Source: a virus
Taxonomy: Duplodnaviria > Caudoviricetes
Reading direction: 5' to 3' (one strand)
DNA length: 64,000 bases
Virus record (IMG/VR): IMGVR_UViG_3300024269_000024
Coordinates: 64,001-128,000 of that record
The notes beneath the pieces are model-generated. The model did no database searches. It was given only the letters and a program-made list of their open reading frames with translations, and was not told the origin of the DNA. How positions within the stretch are numbered: position 1 is the first letter of the stretch; every line of letters begins with the position of its first letter. The position numbers and the translations under genes are program-made. Of the stretch, positions 36,573 to 46,121 are shown piece after piece.

Positions 36573-37385
36573 AGGCTCTTCGGCACATGGGTTTGTGCCA
36601 GCATAATGGAAATCATTGAATCCACTTAGCAAATTCCAGTTATCAATTCGATCCCAGAAAAGCATTCCAGGCTCTCCCATATTCCAATTGTTCTTCGCAA
36701 TCTTATGGAATAGCTCCTTGGCCTTTACAACCTTCTTGATCTCTTCTCCAGTCTCTTGGCGCACAAATGACAGCTCATAGTCTTCGTCGGCAATTACAGC
36801 TTTCATGAAATCGTCTGTAATACGAATTGAAATGTTAGCCTTTGTAACACGGTTTAGGTCGTTTTTGATGTCAATGAATTCTTCAATATCTGGATGGTCG
36901 CAAGATAGTGAAATCATAAGTGCGCCTCTGCGACCATTTTGTGAGATGAGCCCAGTAACCAAAGAATAAAGGTCCATAAATGATACCGCACCAGAAGATT
37001 CTTTTGCGGCGTTTCTAACCTTGGCACCATTTGGAGCAAGCTTAGATAGGTCTACGCCAATGCCACCGCCATAGCTGTATGTTCTTGCAATCTTCTTTGC
37101 ACATTCAAAAATTGATTCGAGATTGTCCTCTGGAGGCTCACATACATAGCAATTTGACATGCTAACCTTCCTACCAGAATGTTCTAGTCCTCTATTAGAT
37201 AGGATTCTTCCACCAAATAGAAACTTTTTATCAATAATAAGATCTCTTACAGCATTGTTGCCACCAGAAATACGATCTAGCCACTGGTCAAATGTTTCGT
37301 CTTCATAACGATACTTTCTTTCCCAAATATCAATGCCAAGCTGATTATCAGCACCTAACCACTCTTGAACGTTCAATATAATCAC
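36573..37385 (-). CDS. nrdJ: Class II ribonucleotide reductase, exon 1
   Basis: FLFGGRIL, SNCYV, GGGIGVDLSKL, SSGAVSFM, QNGRRGALM, HPDIEEFI, GEPG.LF, TNPCAE. Confidence 0.92.
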
Positions 37386-37972
37386 TCCAATTCATTATCT
37401 TTATTCATATAATATAGAACCTGCTCAAGCACATTCTCTATATTCTCATTAGCATCAATTTTATGTAATTCAACGTTTAAACCATTGATGTTTTTATGAT
37501 GCCATACAAGTTTGTCCAACTCTCTATACCAGTCATTTTTGGTATCATCATGATGCAGTCTAGAAATAACTTCCATATCACTCGCACCTCTATCAATCAT
37601 ACGATCAATACGAGTTGCAACGGCTGCATCAAAATAAATAATGCACATCGCAAGACATTTATCGTGCGCTCTATTAAGCAAATACTCAACCCCTGGCACA
37701 TCAATTACGTAAATATTGCATTCTTCAAGCTGTGCAAAAGTTGTACCGTAATGATGGTTGTTATAGAACGTGTAGCCAGCAAGCTCACCCAAATTGCAAA
37801 ACTCATCTTTACTGATAAAAATATGACCAGTTTCTCCATCAAATCTTGGTTGTCTCGTGGTATATGAGTAAACTTGTTTATGGCCATACTTTTCTTCTAA
37901 TAGATTTGCGATAGTTGTCTTTCCGCTGGCGCTCTTGCCAACGAACAAGAACAATTGATCCATACCATTCAC
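37382..37972 (-). CDS. gmk: Guanylate kinase-like nucleotide kinase
   Basis: GKSASGKTT P-loop, SYTTRQPR..E..H.F, YGT, VIDVPG. Confidence 0.85.
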   Translation of the reverse strand: MNGMDQLFLFVGKSASGKTTIANLLEEKYGHKQVYSYTTRQPRFDGETGHIFISKDEFCNLGELAGYTFYNNHHYGTTFAQLEECNIYVIDVPGVEYLLNRAHDKCLAMCIIYFDAAVATRIDRMIDRGASDMEVISRLHHDDTKNDWYRELDKLVWHHKNINGLNVELHKIDANENIENVLEQVLYYMNKDNELE

Positions 37973-37973
37973 C

Positions 37974-38720
37974 TCAATTCTTGATTTTCAACAGAAGATC
38001 TCTATTAATAAAACCAAGACTAGCAGCTTCTATTTTATCCGTTACCTTTTCAATACAAGTCTTAACTTCAGGATTGGCCGTGCCGTTCGTGTTGCGTTCT
38101 TTAAAAATATGAGCATATTCCGTAAGGTTAACCTTAAAAATGAAATTAGACGGAATAGAGAGCATATAAAGACCGCGCTTAACATCCTTGTTATTCTCCA
38201 TACCTTTTAGAATGTAACCATTAACTCCACGAACATAAGTATTTTCTGCACATTCAATTTCGGTAGGAAGCTCGATGCCGAGATACTCAAGTGCTTCGTC
38301 AGTTGGAATGATTTTGTCCTGATAATATTCGGACATTTCCCCGTCGGAGAAATCTGCTAGTCTGGTAGAAGAACGAATAATACGATTTTCCATACGTTTT
38401 GCGTGCGAATCAAGATCGTCCTGACCACCTCTATGTAGCCCATAAACACTAATACTAAAATCAAGGAATCTTCCCATTGTGATATGCTTAGGGCACCACT
38501 TGAAAAGAATCTTTAGCCAATCGTTGAGCTTTTCAGTAGTATGACTTAGCGCACCTACCGGTCCATGCTCTGGATTAGTATTAATGCACTTTGCAACTTC
38601 TGCTCTAATATCCATCTCAAGCTCACGTGTTAGTGTACGCTTTGATAGAAACATTGAAATAATTGCGTCATCCCATCCATCAATTCTATTTAGATATGCT
38701 TCCATTAAGCTTACCTCCAT
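37974..38720 (-). CDS. Divergent ThyX (Thy1)-fold protein
   Basis: H..+..F....V.G+.R....H......SS.R and N+.E..H+F..R....A.PE+ follow ThyX spacing, but RHR is not conserved; sits among nucleotide genes. Confidence 0.55.
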   Translation of the reverse strand: MEVSLMEAYLNRIDGWDDAIISMFLSKRTLTRELEMDIRAEVAKCINTNPEHGPVGALSHTTEKLNDWLKILFKWCPKHITMGRFLDFSISVYGLHRGGQDDLDSHAKRMENRIIRSSTRLADFSDGEMSEYYQDKIIPTDEALEYLGIELPTEIECAENTYVRGVNGYILKGMENNKDVKRGLYMLSIPSNFIFKVNLTEYAHIFKERNTNGTANPEVKTCIEKVTDKIEAASLGFINRDLLLKIKN

Positions 38721-39025
38721 TAATTTTGTACTGTTTCTTCTTCAGTATTCTTTTCTTCCTGCTTGAGCGCCTTACCGCAAAATTCCTCAACCTTCTTGAA
38801 GATACGTTCGTATTCACGATGGCTGCAGTTAGGCTTATGCCAACCAGAAATCATCTGCATAATTGTCATGCAAGCGGTGCGATAACCTAGGATCATATTC
38901 TGAGTACGGATTCTTTCTAGTGTGCCATTAATAGCTTCCTTGAGCTCGTCGTCATTCATTGGAATGGTTTCATCGACCTCAGCGACTGCCTCGTCAACTT
39001 CGTTGATGTTCTTGTTCTCTTCCAT
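38720..39025 (-). CDS. Hypothetical protein
   Basis: GGAAGGA SD; first gene after a consensus promoter. Confidence 0.6.
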   Translation of the reverse strand: MEENKNINEVDEAVAEVDETIPMNDDELKEAINGTLERIRTQNMILGYRTACMTIMQMISGWHKPNCSHREYERIFKKVEEFCGKALKQEEKNTEEETVQN

Positions 39026-39057
39026 AGTATCATTCCTTCCTTTTATTGGATATTATT

Positions 39058-39086
39058 ATTATAACACATTAATTTTGTATTGTCAA
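39058..39086 (-). promoter_or_regulatory. Consensus sigma-A promoter with the 17-bp motif in its spacer
   Basis: TTGACA-17-TATAAT with extended TG; motif at 39067-39083. Confidence 0.85.
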
Positions 39087-39119
39087 GGCTCTGAGTGCAA
39101 TTATTTTACAGTCAGAGCC
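39087..39119. terminator. Inverted repeat downstream of dnaE
   Basis: ggctctga...tcagagcc. Confidence 0.4.
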
Positions 39120-39128
39120 ATACAATTG

Positions 39129-42100
39129 TTAGAATTTTAGTCCATACCTTTTCTTAGCAACATCATCAAGCCATTGTGAATAAGGTTTAATTTTATCTAC
39201 AATCATGCTATCTTCGCCTTCTTTTTTGCCAAGAATAGCTACCTGCTTGCCCTTTGCGATCAGATCTTGGAATTTTTGTAATGCATCAGGCCAGATCGTA
39301 ACCTCTATGAGGCCATCTCCAGAATAGATATTTGCAAAAGCAAACTGACTGCCAGTCTTTGTTTTCTTCTTCTGGATCTTAGATATAATGCCTACAATAA
39401 CGCACTTATCGCCATTCTCATAAGACGTAAAATCATCAAGAATTTCATATGCTTTGGCGAATGGATTTTCATCTGATACAAAGATTTGTAAAGTCTCAAA
39501 CTCCCAGAATGCTTCATCTTGTAAGTATTTTGTATTGCACTCTTCAATATATGTTTGGTATTTAAGCTTTTGCTCTTCATCAAACTTGGCTTTTTTCTTA
39601 GCGTTGTAGATTTCTAGCACTCGTTCTTTATCTACTTTGCGGCCAATCATATATTCCGTTGTGTCAATGTCCCAGTCTAATAGTAGTTTTTGTTTCGTAG
39701 GCAAAGTTGCAACAGGCTTGTATTCACTTTGCTGATACATTGAACTGAGATATTTAATTAGAAACTTCTTCTTGTTCTTGGTGGGAATTGCGCCTGATTT
39801 TACAAGATTGATAATCTGCGCTTTTGTTGGTTGCACTCTTTCAATAAAATTATTCAGGTCTACAAATTTGCCATTAGCATTACGTTCATCAATAATTGAT
39901 TCAGCTAACGTTTCGCCAATGCCAGTAATTGCAGAATATCCAAATAGAATTTTATCGTTAGCAACGGAAAAATTCATTTCAGATTTATTGATGTTTGGAG
40001 GCAACACTTCTACGTCAAACTGCTTTGCATCTAGAATGTGCTTGTTGATCATGCCAGGTTTGTTTTTGTTCATGTTAAAAAGCGCACTGAAGAAGTATTT
40101 ACTATAATGACATTTCAAGTATGCAGTTTGCAGACATAGAACTGCATAACTATATGAATGCGACTTGTTAAAGAGGTAGCCGCCTTTAGTTGAAAGATCA
40201 TCGCTGATCTGTTGTGCAAGTTCTTTGCTGTAGCCATTGTCAATAATTTCCTGATACAGTTTCGCAGACTCTTGCTTGACTAGTTCAATATTCTTTTTAC
40301 CAATGGCCTTTCTAAATAGGTCAGCACCGCCATAACTTCTACCACCAAATTTTCTAACAATATCTAGCAATTGCTCCTGATAAATCATACACCCAAACGT
40401 TTCTTTGAGAATTGGTTCCATATCTGGATGAATGTATGTTACTCTTTCAGGATGTTTGCTGCATTCAATATATTCTTCAAGCGCACCCATAGAGTCTGGC
40501 CTATATAGTGCTAGAACTGCAGAAACCTGAGACAAGTCAGAAGGCTGAAGTCTTAAAAGCAGATCCTTCATACCAGCGCTTTCTACCTGAAAAACACCAT
40601 TTGTCATTGCGCTACTAAGCAGCTTATATGAATCCACATCATATTCAAATTTTGGGTTGTTAATGTCAATTTCCCAATCAGACACATGCGCCTCATTTTG
40701 TGTTTCTTGAACAAGACCAAGTGACGCAACGCCAAGAATATCGTACTTAATAATGCCAACTTCTTCAACAACGCGCTTATCAACCTGAATTACGTGCTCG
40801 CCATCTTGTCCAAGTTTCATTGGCATAAAGTCTGTAACTTTGCCATCAACAATACCAACGCCACCTGCGTGAATAGATGTTGTTTTTACACGACCAGAAA
40901 GATGACTTGCAATATCAAACAATTCTTTGTACTTTGGATTGTCAGCAGCTTCCTTATTGTTTTCCAAACACTCCTCAAATGTTGCATACACAAAACCCTT
41001 GCTGAGCTTGTCCATTTCTTTATATGGAAATCCAAGCACTTTGCCGACGTCTTTAAGTGCCACAACAGGTGTGATAAAAGAAAAGTTAATAATCTGACAA
41101 ACACGATCTTCACCATATCTTTCAATAAGATAATTAACAACAGCTCCTCTATCAAATACATCTGTATCTGTATCTGGCATAGATACTCGTTCAGGATTTA
41201 GGAATCTCTGAAAAATTAGACCATATTTGATAGGATCAATGTCGGTAATTTCAATGGCAAAGCATACAAGGCTTCCAGCACAACTACCTCTGCCAGCGCC
41301 AACTTTGTTGCCATTTTCTTTACACCATTTAATAAAGTCTGCAACAATCAAAAAGTAACCGTCAAATCCCATCTGATGAATTACGTCAAGTTCATAGTCA
41401 AGTCGCTCACGATAGATTTTTTGCTTTTCTTCGTCAAACTCATTAAACTTGCGCTTCTTCCAGCCTTCTTCGATAGAATGTCTAAGATACTCATAGTTAT
41501 CATTAAATCCATCAGGAAGCGGGAACGTAGGTAGCTTTGGAGACTGAAATGGCATGCCAACAATCTCGCACATGTCAGCTATTTCATTAGTGTTGGCTAG
41601 GCCAATATTTACTGCTTCAACACCAATGTGCTCGTCAAGTACGTTGTGGATTTCTTCCTCTGACATCAGATAACAGTCATTATAGCTTTCAGACATTGTT
41701 TCTGAATCATGTGCAATCTGTACTAGACGGCCTTGATAGTACAGATCCTCTTTTGTCGCGGCGTGAGAATCTGTGGTTATAATCCATTTAGTATTGGTGT
41801 CTTTGGCGAGTTCCAGAATCTTGGCGTTATATTCTTCTTGATCCTGATTATTGCCATGCGCTTGTAGTTCTAGATAAAAATGAGGGAACAATGCGCGATA
41901 TTCGTTCACATATTCTAAGCACTTATTGTAATCTGACTCTCTGGACAATTTTGATGCCAAACAAGCAGATGTAATTACTAGATCATTCGCATATGGGGCA
42001 ATATCATGGATTGTCACACGTGGACGATAGTATTTGCCATGAAGTTCTGATAGAGTGATGAGTTCATTGAGTGCAACACGACCTCGCTCGTTTCTTGCAA

Positions 42101-42362
42101 TTGCAATAAGGTGGAAATATTTTGTATCCTTATTCTTCTCGTTGCGATCAAAACATTCGTAAAATTCTACACCATAAAGCATTTTTACCTCTGGATAGTC
42201 TTTTTTGAGCTTGTCAAAATAGCACCAAGAATAGGCGTTACCATGCTCGGTAATACAAAATGCCTTGAGGCCAATTTCTTTAGCACGTTTAAGATACTCT
42301 TCTGGTTTCGCGTAACCGTCAAGCAAAGAGTACATGCTGTGGTTATGAAGACTACTGTACAT
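39129..42362 (-). CDS. dnaE: DNA polymerase III alpha subunit (family C)
   Basis: LHNHSMYSLLDG PHP domain, GRGS.AGSLV, RFLNPERVSMPDTDTD, KYDILG, GVFQVES, FNKSHS, OB-fold C-terminus. Confidence 0.96.
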   Translation of the reverse strand: MYSSLHNHSMYSLLDGYAKPEEYLKRAKEIGLKAFCITEHGNAYSWCYFDKLKKDYPEVKMLYGVEFYECFDRNEKNKDTKYFHLIAIARNERGRVALNELITLSELHGKYYRPRVTIHDIAPYANDLVITSACLASKLSRESDYNKCLEYVNEYRALFPHFYLELQAHGNNQDQEEYNAKILELAKDTNTKWIITTDSHAATKEDLYYQGRLVQIAHDSETMSESYNDCYLMSEEEIHNVLDEHIGVEAVNIGLANTNEIADMCEIVGMPFQSPKLPTFPLPDGFNDNYEYLRHSIEEGWKKRKFNEFDEEKQKIYRERLDYELDVIHQMGFDGYFLIVADFIKWCKENGNKVGAGRGSCAGSLVCFAIEITDIDPIKYGLIFQRFLNPERVSMPDTDTDVFDRGAVVNYLIERYGEDRVCQIINFSFITPVVALKDVGKVLGFPYKEMDKLSKGFVYATFEECLENNKEAADNPKYKELFDIASHLSGRVKTTSIHAGGVGIVDGKVTDFMPMKLGQDGEHVIQVDKRVVEEVGIIKYDILGVASLGLVQETQNEAHVSDWEIDINNPKFEYDVDSYKLLSSAMTNGVFQVESAGMKDLLLRLQPSDLSQVSAVLALYRPDSMGALEEYIECSKHPERVTYIHPDMEPILKETFGCMIYQEQLLDIVRKFGGRSYGGADLFRKAIGKKNIELVKQESAKLYQEIIDNGYSKELAQQISDDLSTKGGYLFNKSHSYSYAVLCLQTAYLKCHYSKYFFSALFNMNKNKPGMINKHILDAKQFDVEVLPPNINKSEMNFSVANDKILFGYSAITGIGETLAESIIDERNANGKFVDLNNFIERVQPTKAQIINLVKSGAIPTKNKKKFLIKYLSSMYQQSEYKPVATLPTKQKLLLDWDIDTTEYMIGRKVDKERVLEIYNAKKKAKFDEEQKLKYQTYIEECNTKYLQDEAFWEFETLQIFVSDENPFAKAYEILDDFTSYENGDKCVIVGIISKIQKKKTKTGSQFAFANIYSGDGLIEVTIWPDALQKFQDLIAKGKQVAILGKKEGEDSMIVDKIKPYSQWLDDVAKKRYGLKF

Positions 42363-42394
42363 ATCTAACCACCCCTTTCATTAATTTTGTATTG

Positions 42395-43534
42395 TCACTT
42401 CACTACAACTAACATTTTACTAGCCCTTGTCACAGAAGTGTACAACCATTTCTTATGATATTCCCTGTCGCCGAGCCACTCGTCATACACAACAACTTTA
42501 TCAAACTCAGAACCTTGAGCCTTGTGGGTGGTAATTGCATATCCATAATCAAATTCATAAGCCTTATGAACATCTTTGAACTTCCACCAATTGTCCTTAT
42601 TTATAGTGCTTTCTTTGTCAATGAAGATTTTATAATCCATTTGCAAATTATTGTATACTCCACCACTATTAGAAGTAAATTTAGCAATCATCTTTGGATT
42701 ATACAACTTATCACTGCATAATTCAATGTCACTTACAATGCCTATCATGCCATTAATCAATGGTTCTTCATTACTACCAATTTCTTGCCATTCATTATGA
42801 AGACAAATAATTTTATCACCACCAATTGGCACACTAGCGCACTGATCTCCAAACTTAATTTTGCGCAACTTATCGTTCAAATAATGTCTGGTTGTATTTT
42901 TACCGCACAAAACTTGATCTGCACCCAACAAAAGTTTGTCAGATACGCTTTCCTGTGGAATTATCCTACACTCCTTTGGACCACCGTAATTAATCCATTT
43001 GCCATCACGAATATCCATACTAAGTCTAATAATAGGATTGTCTTGCGCCTGTCGCACGACTTCATCTAGCATTACGTGAGGATTATCTAGAATTGTACTA
43101 ATACCATCTATTGGCGGCAACTGCCCAGGATCACCTAATGCAATAACATGAACATGGTGAGATAGGAGCAATTCCCACATTTCTTGTGGTAACATACTGC
43201 ACTCATCTAGTACAACAATCTTATAATTGTAATCTAAACTTTTCTTAGGTTTAAATTCATACGTTCTGTCTGGTTTTTCTTTGGCGTTATACAATAACCT
43301 GTGCGCAGTCATTGAGTTGTTACATCCCTTACTTCTCAGCACCAATGAAGCCTTGCCAGTGTAAGCAATATATACAACACTCGCTTCGTCAACACATAGT
43401 GCATCAATAATAAATTGTACGAGAGTAGACTTGCCGCTACCAGCATAGCCAGCAATCACCGTATACGGTTCTTTATTCTTATACCTCTCAACCGCTATTC
43501 TCAAACCTTTTTCTTGTCCGCTAGTTAAAACCAC
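42395..43534 (-). CDS. RecD/Dda-like SF1B helicase
   Basis: GYAGSGKST, AYTGKA, DECSML, GDPGQLPP, YAITTHKAQGSEF, LYTSVTRA. Confidence 0.9.
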   Translation of the reverse strand: MVLTSGQEKGLRIAVERYKNKEPYTVIAGYAGSGKSTLVQFIIDALCVDEASVVYIAYTGKASLVLRSKGCNNSMTAHRLLYNAKEKPDRTYEFKPKKSLDYNYKIVVLDECSMLPQEMWELLLSHHVHVIALGDPGQLPPIDGISTILDNPHVMLDEVVRQAQDNPIIRLSMDIRDGKWINYGGPKECRIIPQESVSDKLLLGADQVLCGKNTTRHYLNDKLRKIKFGDQCASVPIGGDKIICLHNEWQEIGSNEEPLINGMIGIVSDIELCSDKLYNPKMIAKFTSNSGGVYNNLQMDYKIFIDKESTINKDNWWKFKDVHKAYEFDYGYAITTHKAQGSEFDKVVVYDEWLGDREYHKKWLYTSVTRASKMLVVVK

Positions 43535-43538
43535 CTAA

Positions 43539-44018
43539 TCACTTCCTCAACTTCCCACCGCGCATTGTAATTTTAGTCTTATTAAACTCGGCAAGCATAT
43601 CTTCAAACGGCCTATTGGCACTAGAGTGTTTGTTAGTACAAGTCAAATCACTTCTCTGCCTAGGAGTGTAAGTTCTAGATTCCTGCGTGGCTCTCAGCTT
43701 AACTGAATTGCCCTGAAGAGACTGAATCTTGCTCTTAAACGACTGCCCCTGAGTGCTTTGAAAATACTCATACATATCTTTCAGCAATTCGTTTTCCTCC
43801 TTTGCGGTTCTCCTACGAATACGAGCTTCACGAATAGCTTTATAAATCAAATAGCCCTTGTACATATCCTTAGGCTCGGATAGTTCACATTCATGATAAA
43901 GATCATTGAGCTCACCTTCGGTTTGTTTAATAACATCAAGATTCATTTCATAGTTCCTAACAACATCCTTGAAAATAGTCACAATAGTACTACTGTAATT
44001 GTTCACAATATTTGCCAT
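43539..44018 (-). CDS. Hypothetical coiled-coil protein
   Basis: DLYHECE...R..RR.AK.E...Y.PR pattern; SD present. Confidence 0.55.
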   Translation of the reverse strand: MANIVNNYSSTIVTIFKDVVRNYEMNLDVIKQTEGELNDLYHECELSEPKDMYKGYLIYKAIREARIRRRTAKEENELLKDMYEYFQSTQGQSFKSKIQSLQGNSVKLRATQESRTYTPRQRSDLTCTNKHSSANRPFEDMLAEFNKTKITMRGGKLRK

Positions 44019-44034
44019 CTTTTTGTTCCTTTCG

Positions 44035-44118
44035 CTATTCACCGTTTGCAATTATCCATGCCATCACAAAAAAGCCAAACAATATGCCAATGGATAACCC
44101 ATTTAATAGATTTTCCAC
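44035..44118 (-). CDS. 27-aa single-TM peptide (absent from ORF track)
   Basis: GGGGTG SD, GTG start, ENLLNGLSIGILFGFFVMAWIIANGE; first ORF after the promoter. Confidence 0.5.
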   Translation of the reverse strand: MENLLNGLSIGILFGFFVMAWIIANGE

Positions 44119-44157
44119 ATATATCACCCCCCGCCCCATTAATTTTGTACTGTTGTT

Positions 44158-44185
44158 ATTATAACACAAACTCATGCTTTGTCAA
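44158..44185 (-). promoter_or_regulatory. Sigma-A promoter with the 17-bp motif at the start site
   Basis: TTGACA-16-TATAAT with TG; motif at 44137-44153. Confidence 0.75.
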
Positions 44186-44189
44186 GCGC

Positions 44190-44225
44190 AAAAAGAGTGC
44201 ATAGCTAAGCCACACACTCTTTTTA
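44190..44225. terminator. Stem-loop flanked by A/T tracts
   Basis: aaaagagtg...cactctttt. Confidence 0.55.
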
Positions 44226-44236
44226 CAATAATTAAT

Positions 44237-44386
44237 TCACAGTACATCCTCCAGTTCAAACAGCGCCATGCGGTCATTGTTATATACCGCTTCAACAACA
44301 TAGTCCACAAATTCATCATCTTCACATGTGTCCAACATGTTTAGTAGTAGGCTTGCGGCTTCAAGAATTTCAAACTTCAATTTCAT
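44237..44386 (-). CDS. Small acidic protein (49 aa; absent from ORF track)
   Basis: GGAGG SD; MKLKFEILEAASLLLNMLDTCEDDEFVDYVVEAVYNNDRMALFELEDVL. Confidence 0.5.
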   Translation of the reverse strand: MKLKFEILEAASLLLNMLDTCEDDEFVDYVVEAVYNNDRMALFELEDVL

Positions 44387-44729
44387 GACATTGTTCCTCC
44401 AGTACGTTAATTAAGTATTTCCAGAACCAAGGGAGCGCTTTTTTGATTTGTTTGTTTCTTCTTAACGTATATCCATTGAGTTTCAACCAATTGTTTGATA
44501 CGGGCCATCGCCATGAACGGCCATAAGTTAACGTCCAAAAGAATTTTCGATTTAGATTTACATTGTTAAACTCAATTGTTGCTTCATCCCACTTTGGTAG
44601 AATAATTGGATTATTAGCAGGAATCTCCCAATAATCGAAATTTGGTGTAGATTCTTCCAACTCAAAAACAATATCGCTATTCAAGTCTCGTATTGACATT
44701 GTTCCAGTGATAAATTTTATGTTATTCAT
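44370..44729 (-). CDS. Hypothetical protein
   Basis: Tightly packed - strand ORF; NNWLKLNG motif. Confidence 0.5.
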   Translation of the reverse strand: MNNIKFITGTMSIRDLNSDIVFELEESTPNFDYWEIPANNPIILPKWDEATIEFNNVNLNRKFFWTLTYGRSWRWPVSNNWLKLNGYTLRRNKQIKKALPWFWKYLINVLEEQCHEIEV

Positions 44730-44738
44730 AATTACTAT

Positions 44739-45062
44739 TTATTCTCTAGCTCCGCGCCATTCAAAGTTGTTTTTTCTACTCCCGCATCCTAAACACATGC
44801 CGAATATATCATATACGTTATCATTGTACATGTAATATTTACACAGAGCACATTCTTTATACACAGATAGGTCTTTAATCGCTGCATCTCTTTCGAGTTT
44901 AACACGTTCAAGTTCTTCTGACAATTCTTCTATAATATCAGCCGCATTAAGCTCGTTCTGACATGGAAAGCCAGGATTGTACACAGGACACTGTTCGCAT
45001 TTAAAATCTGAATCTGGACAACGTCTTAACGCTTTTACAGTCCGTTTTGCTTCGTTAGTCAT
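44739..45062 (-). CDS. Cys-rich hypothetical protein
   Basis: KALRRC..C..CP...C...AADIIE, ERDAAIKDL, C..C...C..C..FEWRG. Confidence 0.55.
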   Translation of the reverse strand: MTNEAKRTVKALRRCPDSDFKCEQCPVYNPGFPCQNELNAADIIEELSEELERVKLERDAAIKDLSVYKECALCKYYMYNDNVYDIFGMCLGCGSRKNNFEWRGARE

Positions 45063-45162
45063 CATTATCTCTCCCATCACTTGCAACCTTACACAATGCG
45101 TAGACGAAAAAGCATACAGCCACTACAATAATACTGATGAAAGCAGTTGCTAATATCTTCAT
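45055..45162 (-). CDS. 35-aa membrane peptide (absent from ORF track)
   Basis: MKILATAFISIIVVAVCFFVYALCKVASDGRDNDD; AGGAG SD. Confidence 0.45.
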   Translation of the reverse strand: MKILATAFISIIVVAVCFFVYALCKVASDGRDNDD

Positions 45163-45168
45163 CAATCA

Positions 45169-45558
45169 CTACTCCTTCGGCGGTTCTGGAAGTGGCATCC
45201 AGTGCGTGATCGTATGGTCGTAAAAGAAATATTGCCACGGAGAACGCCAACCCTCTATGTTGTACCCGTGCATGTTGTGCGTGTAGCTTGTCATTGCGAT
45301 AGCGTCATCTCCAATGGTAGCGGGAGCAAAAACCAGTACATTCACATCGTCATCGGGCAATCTATCATCTACACTAATCCACTTCGGAATACTTTTTAAG
45401 ATGGTTTTAATATGCTGCGAAACTTTGTGCTTGACTTCTGCAAACTCGCTAATGGCATATGTGGCATTGAGCTGTTCTGCGTCACATCTTTTCTCAAGCT
45501 CCGATACATTTTCATATATAATGTCAATCAACTTATCAATTCTTTCGTTCGGACTCAT
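45169..45558 (-). CDS. DUF551-domain protein
   Basis: WISVDDRLP...VLV...ITHWMPLPEPP. Confidence 0.8.
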   Translation of the reverse strand: MSPNERIDKLIDIIYENVSELEKRCDAEQLNATYAISEFAEVKHKVSQHIKTILKSIPKWISVDDRLPDDDVNVLVFAPATIGDDAIAMTSYTHNMHGYNIEGWRSPWQYFFYDHTITHWMPLPEPPKE

Positions 45559-45757
45559 ATAACTGCACCATCCTATTCCATTCATCGATTGCTTCATCAT
45601 GAGATTGCCAAGGACGATAATTTGCGCCCTTAACTTCTGCGTGAGTCTTTTTAAACAGCGGTTTGCACTTTATTGTAACGACATATCCTCCATAAGAAGG
45701 TACACAAGTTATTTCTGGCATTCTATTACACACTGGGCAAGGTTTAATAACTGGCAC
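45536..45757 (-). CDS. Lar (restriction alleviation)-like zinc-ribbon protein
   Basis: IKPCPVC...I.C...EAIDEWNR. Confidence 0.55.
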   Translation of the reverse strand: MPVIKPCPVCNRMPEITCVPSYGGYVVTIKCKPLFKKTHAEVKGANYRPWQSHDEAIDEWNRMVQLYESERKN

Positions 45758-46029
45758 TATATTGTTCCCCCTTCTGTATGTTCCCAAAATGGACAGCAAA
45801 TATAAAAATGAGAAACGTTCCCATTAGACTTTATATATTTTTCACATCCAACTCTATTATCACATAGGTCACATGATGCTCCATGATTATGCTTGTTCAT
45901 ATATTTTATGTACGTTTTATGAAGGTCTGCATATCTACTTTTATAATATTCAATTTTTTGTTTGGCGTATAACCACACAAAAAATAATGCAATTATAAAG
46001 CATATGCTAACCACTACAACTTCTAACAA
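45757..46029 (-). CDS. Membrane-anchored Cys-rich hypothetical protein
   Basis: N-terminal TM helix then CDLC...C...CPFW. Confidence 0.5.
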   Translation of the reverse strand: MLEVVVVSICFIIALFFVWLYAKQKIEYYKSRYADLHKTYIKYMNKHNHGASCDLCDNRVGCEKYIKSNGNVSHFYICCPFWEHTEGGTI

Positions 46030-46068
46030 AATTACAACCTCTTCTCATTAATTTTGTACCGTGATACA

Positions 46069-46098
46069 ATTATAGCACCACGGTACGTTGCTTTTCAA
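46069..46098 (-). promoter_or_regulatory. Promoter with non-consensus -35
   Basis: TTGAAA-18-TATAAT with TG; 17-bp motif downstream (46046-46062), 16-bp box upstream (46099-46114). Confidence 0.6.
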
Positions 46099-46121
46099 TT
46101 GACCGAATAGACAAAGTTTGT

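Noticed and set aside
33916-37385. nrdJ as two separate genes or a pseudogene, with exon 2 starting at ATG 35385
   Set aside because: The G of that ATG is the intron's terminal G, and splicing restores a continuous reading frame
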